Program-made: the position numbers and the translations under genes
The notes under the pieces: generated by a model
Databases searched by the model: none
Seen by the model: only the letters and a program-made list of their open reading frames with translations
Told to the model about the DNA's origin: nothing
In this document: piece by piece, positions 55,146-64,000 of the stretch
Position numbering within the stretch: the first letter of the stretch is position 1
How the letters are laid out: each line of letters begins with the position of its first letter
NCBI GenBank assembly: GCA_964016885.1
Contig: OZ024742.1
Coordinates: forward strand, 44,020,001-44,084,000
Direction of reading: 5' to 3'
From: Eledone cirrhosa
Taxonomy: Eukaryota
DNA: 64,000 bases

Positions 55146-56700
55146 ATTTGTTTGTTTTATTTAAATGTCTGTATAGAGCTAGTAAGTTGAGGGAACAGAA
55201 GCGTAAGAAAAAGATAAAAAATAAAGACAACTATAAAAAGACTACAAGTTCTGTTGTTGAATTTTGTCAAAGCCTCTATGTACTGGAAGATCTTGTTTAT
55301 GGTTGGTAGATCCTTGACAATATAGTGGCACCTCAAATCTTGATCATGTTTTTAAAGACCAGATTCAAGATGTCCTCTCTCTCTCTCCTAGCTTGGTAGT
55401 TTTTATATTAGAAGAAATAGTGCCATAGAGTTTCTGGGTAATCTCCAAGAACATTGAATACTCTTCTTGTGACCAATCACTTTACAGTGTATATGGGCTG
55501 GATTCCATCATACCTCCAGCCATGGAGATTTGGTCCTATGTGCAGAGGAATAAAGAGTCTACTCTATCAGTTATTATTTTGGAGTTACTACAATCCTACT
55601 CAGGTTGCCTATAATGTGGGGGTCCATCTCTTCATAATACATTCCATCAATGTAGGGGAGAGCTTTAGTTATCACACTGGGGGTATGGAGCCTAGCATTA
55701 AGATTGTCTCTGTTATATCAATAGAGGTATGGAGAGAGGGTTTAGAAAGTTACCTTGAGTGGCTCAAAGTGATGTTTGGTGGTGATTTATACCATGGTAA
55801 AATATGCTGGCTCTGTATAAATACTGCATGTTTCTAAAAGAAAGAATAAAAAGGAAAGAAATATATGGGCAGGGGAAGAAAAAGAATGACCTATACACAC
55901 AGAAATATATGCATAAACTTATACATGTACACACCCATACATATTTAGACACGTACACATCCATACACATACATGCATGTACAGATGTACACATGTATAC
56001 ATATACACATGCAGATAAATGTGTGTGCACTCATGCATGAAGAACAACATATAGGAAATTTGCAAACATTATATACAATTGAAAACCACAAAGATACAAA
56101 TTCATGAATATACAAATTGCATTGGTATAGACACATAAAACCACCTGAGTGTTTAATTACCATATGAATAAATAGAATGACATAAAATATTTTTATTACA
56201 AAAAATCATTGAGCAATTATTTTTAGTTAAAATACTTGTAGTGAATGAATGTGGCCAAATAAATGGTTAGTATAATGGACATAGAATCATAAGGTTGCAG
56301 GTTCGATTATTGGACCGGTCGGTGCATCATTTTCTTGAGCAAGACACTTCATTTCATGTTATTTTCTGTGATATGACTAGGGCCCTTACCATTAACCCTT
56401 TAGCATTTAAACTGGCCGTTTCCAGCTAGAATTCTCCCACCTCTTTCTGTTTGAACCGGCCATAACCGGCTGTTCATACTGATGTTAAGGTATTGTTCTC
56501 AAAATAAATATCAAAATCTTGTAGATTCTATATTATGTGAGATAATTATGAAGTAAAGCCTTTTACTACAAATATACAATAGTAAATATAGAATAATGTA
56601 AATGCTAATGGGTACACCTGAGAACCCTCCTGTGTGAGGAAACTGCATAAGAAGCCAAGTAAACCTACATAGGTGTGAGCTGTAAAACAAATAATAAATA

Positions 56701-56962
56701 CATGCACGCATATACACATGCATGTACATGACCATATACATGTTCATACATGCACGCATATACACATGCATGTACATGACCACATACATATACACGTTCA
56801 TACATGCACGCATATACACATGCATGTACATGACCATATACATGTTCATACATGCACGCATATACACATGCATGTACATGACCATATACATGTTCATACA
56901 TGCACGCATATACACATGCATGTACATGACCACATACATATACACGTTCATACATGCATGTA
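56701..56962. repeat. Minisatellite, about 5 copies of 48/54-bp units
   Basis: Unit catgcacgcatatacacatgcatgtacatgaccatatacatgttcata, plus a longer variant. Confidence 0.9.
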
Positions 56963-59299
56963 CACATTTATACATGCACACACATACTCATCCACATAAA
57001 TTCATGCACACACACATGCATACACCTATACACATACACAAATATTGTTACAATTTTTTTAATTATATAAATTAGAGAAGCTCCATAAATGAATTGCTAT
57101 ATAAATATTTAGACATATAATAATTGTGATATGGTTATATGATCAAAGATAATTGAACACATGCAGTTATATAAAGGAATGTAGCAATTAAATAATAAAA
57201 ATGCACATTATTGCACACTTGCATCAATATCTGTATGTACATGCACATGCTAATTTAAACTCCTGCTCCTGTGTGCATGTTTGCATATTTTGGAGAATAG
57301 AATGGATCTTTGTCAGTTTCAGTGATGAGTGTTTCAATTTGATCTACGATACAGCCTGCTTGTGAAAAGGATGTGTCAGTGTCTGAGCATTTCACAGACA
57401 TGTGTACTGATAATGTAATTCTCAGGGAGATTCAGCATGGCTTGGTGTATGGCAAGGCTTGTATTACAGATACAATTCATCTTATATTATGATGTAAATG
57501 GTTGAGTACACCATATTTCTAATGAAAGATACTGACTATTAATTTCAAACAATTTCAAAAATAATTAAGATTTTGGATGGATTTATCTAAACTATAATAA
57601 AGAAAGGAGTGCAGAACTGAATCCAGAATATAATTTTTTATCCCGTTTGTAAAATAAGTTGGATTACTTTGAATAAATAATGAATGAATATTACATAATT
57701 TATCTGCTAAATTTTGTAGCTTTTGATTAAATATATTTTATTTCTTATTTAAAGATTCACTTCTTTAAAATGTTCAAATGTCAACACTTCCGGTTAGTGA
57801 TCACTTAAATAAATATTCATATATTTCCATCACTAATTTTCTCCTAATGCAGTTTATATATAATATCATCTTTTTATTATGTATCAAGGATTGCGTTACT
57901 GATTACATAAGACAGTGTAACACAGTCTTCGTTCAATTTCTGTGTATATTGTCAATTACGATTTTATTTGATGTATCATATGTATGTGCGTATATACTTG
58001 CGTATAATATCAATATACACACTACACATGCTAGCAGAAAACCAGCCGGAGGGTAGCTTTTCTGCTAGTTAATATAATCAACTTTCTCATTATTTGGGTG
58101 ATATTTGGAATATAACTTAAATGTCCCTATATAAAATTATGATGGAAGATTTTTAAATATACACCCTGTAAAATAAACAGCTTAGTATTATAAAACTAGT
58201 AGTAAGTTTAGGAATCTTGGTATCAAACATAATTGTCAAAGAGATTCAGCCTGACACAGTGTGTAGCAAGGTAGGCTCTCTGAGTAACATATTTATGTAT
58301 TTCCCTGTTTCATGTCGAACATTAGCATTCCTAAATCCATCAATCTATTAACATTTGATGATCTCAACCTCATTTTGGTAATAAAACGGTTATAATGGTA
58401 TTTAGTTTGTACATTTCGCAGTAAGTTGTTATAGATCATAAGAATAGTGGTAAAGTCTTCAATGTCATATATAAAAATATTGAAGTTGAGTCCTAATAGG
58501 TTTCATAGTTGATTTTCACATGCTATATTTGGGTGTTGATTTTTGGTTTATAATTTGCTATAATTTATGCATCAATAGATACTCTTCTAATTTTTTGTGG
58601 AATTCTATAAAACAAATCACATATATAACACCTAATTACAAAATCATGTCATCACCATCAGTATGTCTGTATTCAATGTTAGCATGGATTAGACATTTCA
58701 TATTTTAGCACATTTCAGAATATACAAAAAGCCCAAAATAAAAAGTCCCCTCATCAAAACAAAACTACAAACTAGCACTCCATAGCACACACTTTCAACA
58801 ACAAATGTCTTATACAAATATCAATGTAAACATGAAAGTTTTCATCTGTCGTACAACTACAACACTTTCTCATCAGTTGACGATGCACTTACAAGGAGAC
58901 ACTGCAATAAATAGTGTACATAATAAAATTAGACACAAAAACATTTTCACTATCTTAAATGTTATGATACACTACACATCCAAATTACCCACCTTTGTGT
59001 GTGCATGTGTATACATATATATGTGTGTGTGTGCAAAAAAAAAATATATATGTGTGTGTGAGTATTTATAATTCTTTGAGTACTTATGTGTTTAAGTGTC
59101 TGTATACATATTTGTATATAAATGTGTGTGTGCACGTGTGCATTTATATATATGTGTATGTATATATAGGTGTGTGTATATATATTATATATGTGTGTAT
59201 GTATATATTTGTATGTATATTCCTGTATGTGTATGTATGTATATGTATGATGATATATTTGTATGTATTTGTATGGATGTATGTGTGTGTGTATGTGTG

Positions 59300-59331
<32 letters not shown>

Positions 59332-60152
59332 TGTGCATGTATATATATGTGTATGTATGTGTGTGTGTGTGTATTGTTTATTCATACTTCACTGTATCCT
59401 TCTGTTAGAGAAAAGACCAAATCAAAGTGAAACCCAGCTATAGACAGACAAGCTGTAGTGTTGGTGCTGGAGCCAAATATAATTAGCCTTTCCTTCCTCA
59501 TCTACCCTTACCTCAAACGAAGCAGTCTTTAATTAATGAAGATGTACACACACACTCTCTTCCTTCCTCCGACCACCCTCTCTCTGACACAGAAGGAGAA
59601 TTGTCCCCCCCCCCCTATTTCCTTCATTTCTCTCCCCCCTCTCTCACTATCTATTTATCTATCTATCTTTCCCTGTTTATATATATATATATATATACAT
59701 TCACGTTACACATCAATCGTTAGTCATTAGTTCATTAAGCACTATAAAAATAACTTCAATAAATATTAAAAAAAAAAACAACTTAGAATATCTAAAAAGT
59801 ATATATATATATGTAGATAAAAAGATGCTACCCTGTTTGTATGTATGTTTGTGTATACAAGTGTGTGTGTGTTTGAGTGCATATGTGTGTGTATGCGTGT
59901 ATATAAATATATATTTATATATATACACATACACACATTCACATTTATACACACACACGTATATATATATATATATACACACACACATACATATATATAT
60001 ATATGTATATTTATGCACTCACATATACACACACACTTGTGCACGTGTATTTGAGTGCTTATATATTTGAGTATATATATATTAATTAATGTGTCCTTGT
60101 CTTTGGCCTGGCCTGGCTCTCAATATCACTTTGTTTCTCATTGGTGCAACAG

Positions 60153-60320
60153 CCTCAGGAAAATAATAATTCCCTTCATTCAAACTGTGAGACTAGCTCT
60201 CTGCTGCCACAGATCCCAACTGAAGAGATGGAACAACAGAAGCTAGAGGAAAGGCTAAGACAACAGCAACGTGACTCAGAAGAAGATGCCAAGTGGTTAC
60301 AAAGTAGAGAGAACAAGCTG
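60153..60320 (+). CDS. PTK2: FAK exon, QQQ coiled region upstream of the FAT domain
   Basis: caacAG|...|GTaagt. PQENNN...EEMEQQKLEERLRQQQRDSEEDAKWLQSRENKL, comparable to FAK MEERLIRQQQEMEEDQRWLEKEERFL. Phase 0-0. An in-frame alternative acceptor lies 6 nt downstream (cctcAG). Confidence 0.9.
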
Positions 60321-60646
60321 GTAAGTTCACACACATCTTTATATATTTTTCTTTCTATCTTTAACATTTTTGAAACCAAACCAGCTGAAACCATCCCTGG
60401 TTTTATCATTCAAAGCTTTTTAAACTGTTTATATTTATTTATTTAAAAGCCTTCCATCATAATTTTATGTATGAACCTTTGTTAAGTTATGTTCCAAACA
60501 CCAGTTTAATACTGAGAAAGTTATATTACTAAATCTCTCCAAATTCTTGATGATAGTGTCTCATTAGAAATATGGACTCAATGGTGAGTTTGAAGCCTAT
60601 TAAGTTGCCTACTGGGCTAATCTCTGCTTTAGCAGGAAAAATAGCC

Positions 60647-60849
60647 TTAACCCTTTAGCATTTAAACCGTTCAGAATTCTCTCACCTTTTTTCTGTTCAA
60701 ACCGCCCATAACCGGCCATTCATACTGATATTAAGGTATTGTTCTGAAATAGATAATACTAAAATCTCATAGATTTGATATGTGAGATAAAGCCTTTACC
60801 ATGAAAATACAATAGTAGATATAGAGTAATGTAAATGCTAGAGGGTTAA
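60647..60849. mobile_element. piggyBac-type MITE family A, about 200 bp (also 51497-51710, 56392-56612, 45462-45622; reverse at 14335-14543, 26440-26641, 29662-29867)
   Basis: TTAA|ccctttagcattt ... aaatgctagaggg|TTAA. Confidence 0.8.
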
Positions 60850-61398
60850 AACATTTGCTTTTTTTATCTTCTGGTTAAGGCACGAAGCCTTAGACATGGA
60901 GGGAAGGTAGGGTACACTGAATGTCAACATACCACAGTACTTGACTGGTACTTTTATTTTATCAGTCCCATAAGGTGAAGTCCATCTCTGTGTATTGACT
61001 CCACCTTTCATCCTTCAATCAAATGCTGAAATTGATGTGATAAAATATTTTATGTGTATATGTGTGTATATGGGGTATGTATATGTTCTATATATATATG
61101 TGTGTGTGTGTATGTATATATGTGTATGCAGGGGGACGGTCTGTATTTGGGATTCTCTCATGTTCAAATTTCAAATCTATCAGCACTTCAGTATTTTATA
61201 TAGTATGTGTACTTTTAGCTATGTTCTAGCTCCAAGCTGTATAGTATATTATCCTAAAATAGATGAGAAAAAGTGCAGTCTCTTCATAGTGTAAAGGTAA
61301 TGGCCATTCTTTTTCATCTCTATAGGTATTTCACCTGATTTCTCAGCTATTATCTATAGTGACTGACTGTTATTGCAGTTATTTTCTGCATTTGGGAT

Positions 61399-61434
<36 letters not shown>

Positions 61435-62640
61435 CAACCAAGCTGAAACTTCGAAGTCGCTGCCACTTCTACTTAAAAATGAAATTTTACACTACATCCA
61501 CAATTATTTAGTTAATGTTTGAATCTTTTAAGTTCTATGGTATTTTAAACACCCAATCTTATATATATGCGTATACTTTGATAACTTTCAGCCAGTATTG
61601 GGCCAGACCATGTCTAACTTAATAGCACCACCTGGGGAAGTGTGTGTATATATATATTTATATAGGTGTATGTATATAGAGAGTCGTGTGTGTATATATA
61701 TATTTATATATGTGTATGTATATAGAGATGTGTGTATATATAGATGTGTGTGTATATATATATATATATATGTATATTTATGTGTGTGTCTGGGAGTGAA
61801 AGGCCCCCAGTTGTTATCACAACACCTTTCTAGGAGAGGGAAACTGAAAAAAACCTGCAGCTTTGGAAGCATCCAATGATGTTGACCGGTTCTGCTTTTC
61901 AGGTAGTATTTTCAATGCTCAAAGAGTGGGATTGGTTGAGTGCAAGGCCTTTCTCCACTTAAAAAAACCTTCAAAGCACAGGCATTGCTTGTTCAGCATG
62001 TTACAGGTTCATGTGGCTGTCCATAGCCTAAAAGTGCACCAAACTCTATAATCTGACAAGCGATTGCAGTACTCTTGGCAGAGTTTGCAGCCATCATATA
62101 TAATATATATACATACATATACAATTGGCAAAAGGTTTGGGAGGACCCATCAGTTGTGTTATGGTCATGACAACCTCCCTAGTGTTGGTGATCTACACTA
62201 TACACACCCAGTAAATGCTGTAAAGAGGTTGGTGATAGGAAGAGCATCCAGCCATAGAAAGCTTGCCAAACAAATGGCTAGGAGGATCCTGCAATTGCAT
62301 CATAGGCATGGCAACCTCTCTAATGCTCGTGCAACAATAAATTACACTCAGTGGGACCATATGTAAGCAAGATGCCTATTCCCGGCTTGTCTGGGTGGTA
62401 ATGTATTACCATTCTGATGTGATGCAAGCATCACACTAAGATGGTATTACATTAACGGCAGCATATCTGCATACTTGCATAACTACACCTCATAATTGTA
62501 TGAGCATCTGATGATGTCACATGGAGAGATTCAATGATGTTGAAATATATATTATGCAATAAAACAATTATATAAAAGTAACAACTCTGTCTTAACAATT
62601 TTTCGTGTGTGTGTGTATATAAATATATATATATGGCTCA

Positions 62641-62975
62641 TGGAGGCACATGGCTTAGTGGTTAGAGCATTAGCCTTGCAATCGAAAGGTTGTGAGTTCA
62701 ATTCTCAGACCGGGTGATGTGTTGTTTCCTTGAGCAAGACACTTTATTTCACATTGCTCCAGTTTACTCAGCTGTAGAAATGAGATGATAGGACTGCGGT
62801 CCATATCATTCCACTGCAAAGTGGTCGTGGAGGTGCCACGGCAAAAAAGCACCCAGCACTCACTGTAAATGAGGATTGTGTTAGGAAGGGCATCCAGCTG
62901 TAGAAATCAAGCCAGAATCAGTTCCCGTCCCACCCTTGCAAGCAAGGAAAAGCGGACATAAAGCGATGATGATGA
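62641..62975 (+). mobile_element. Full-length tRNA-headed SINE with a central core and an RTE-like (GAT)n tail (near-identical truncated copies at 47567-47816 and 51172-51390)
   Basis: A-box tggcttagtgg, B-box-like gagttcaattc, core ccttgagcaagacactttatttcacattgctccag, and tail aggaagggcatccagctgtagaaa...gatgatgat. Confidence 0.85.
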
Positions 62976-63134
62976 TATATATACATACAATTTATTTAGT
63001 CCAAAATTAGCCGTCGGGACGGCTTGAGCTCGGCCATCGGGGTCCTACTTGTTCCTATTACCCACTCTACTACCTCAAGTATTGAGTACTTTGGTGCGTT
63101 ATGGTCCATCTAGTTCCTTACCACATTTCCTTCG

Positions 63135-63180
<46 letters not shown>

Positions 63181-63234
63181 CGTTTCTGAATTTGCTTAGC
63201 AAGATTCTTTATCTGAAAACGTGTGTTGAAACCG

Positions 63235-63940
63235 ATATTGTTATACTTTGGGAGGGTCATGTTGCCAATAAGTAACACACGCACCAGTTGCTTTCACTTC
63301 AATTTATTATAATAAATTTATAAATTTAGGAATTTATAAATTTCCGGTTGGTTGGATGGTTCCACAACCAGAAGGTTGTTTCTATATTGTCAAAGTTCTT
63401 TCGTCACACATTCTGTGACCTCTTCAGTGACTGGGGATTCTTTTCTTTGTTTTTTGTGCCTCTCCTTTGTTCTGTCCTACGCCATCTTGTTTTTGTGTGT
63501 GTGTTGTGTGCTTAGTTTGCGCATGTGTTACATCCGGGTGTCTGTGTGTGTTTATATTTGTTTATTTATTTGTTTATTTACATGTTACTGGTTGGTTGTT
63601 TGTTCTATATGTGTATGTGTTTTCATTTTGTCCTTAATTGTAAGTTGTGATGTAACACATGCGCAAACTAAGCACACAACACACACACAAAAACAAGATG
63701 GCATAGGACAGAACAAAGGAGAGGCACAAAAAACAAAGAAAAGAATCCCCAGTCACTGAAGAGGCCACAGAATGTGTGACGAAAGAACTTTGACAATATA
63801 TAAACAACCATCTGGTTGTGGAACCAACCAACCAACCGGAAATTTATAAATTCCTAAATTTATAAATTTATTATAATAAATTGAAGTGAAAGCAACTGGT
63901 GCGTGTTTTTCTTATTGGCAACATGACCCTCCCAAAGTAT

Positions 63941-63948
<8 letters not shown>
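63235..63948. repeat. Near-perfect palindrome (300-bp arms, 114-bp spacer) between (TA)n tracts; foldback or MITE-like element
   Basis: 63235-63534 is the reverse complement of 63649-63948 with only a handful of substitutions. A decayed relative lies at about 12765-12990. Confidence 0.92.
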
Positions 63949-63980
<32 letters not shown>

Positions 63981-64000
63981 TAGATATTGATTTAACAGTG

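Noticed and set aside
62645-62715. tRNA gene
   Set aside because: A and B boxes run straight into the SINE core and tail, with no acceptor stem. It is a SINE head.
63352-63831. Mirror ORFs on both strands
   Set aside because: A consequence of the palindrome. Low-complexity, with no recognisable protein features.
60321-64000. FAT domain exons or the end of the gene
   Set aside because: Not seen. The gene evidently continues beyond the window.

Overview
Eukaryotic, very AT-rich, microsatellite- and SINE-dense genomic DNA. The repeat landscape looks like that of a coleoid cephalopod such as Octopus, which is an inference. The whole window lies inside one + strand gene encoding a focal adhesion kinase (FAK/PTK2-family) homolog. 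I could chain GT-AG exons in a consistent frame from the end of the FERM F3 lobe (6039-6243), through a run of candidate micro-exons and the DYAEI autophosphorylation exon (16898-16954), the complete tyrosine kinase domain (28540-36608), and the post-kinase, proline-rich and coiled regions (37431-60320). The N-terminal FERM exons and the FAT domain were not found and presumably lie outside the window. The introns contain tRNA-derived SINEs, RTE and CR1-like LINE fragments, piggyBac-, hAT- and Tc1/pogo-type MITEs, a deleted Tc1/mariner transposase and several long inverted repeats. The main leads are: candidate cassette micro-exons around the Y397-equivalent site, sense-strand hammerhead ribozyme motifs inside introns, near-perfect 167-300 bp hairpins, a candidate truncating or FRNK-like module after the kinase domain, and unusual RTE pieces (a PHD finger, and a putative 5' end with a C2H2 finger). 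All exon and structure calls were made by eye, without alignments or RNA data.
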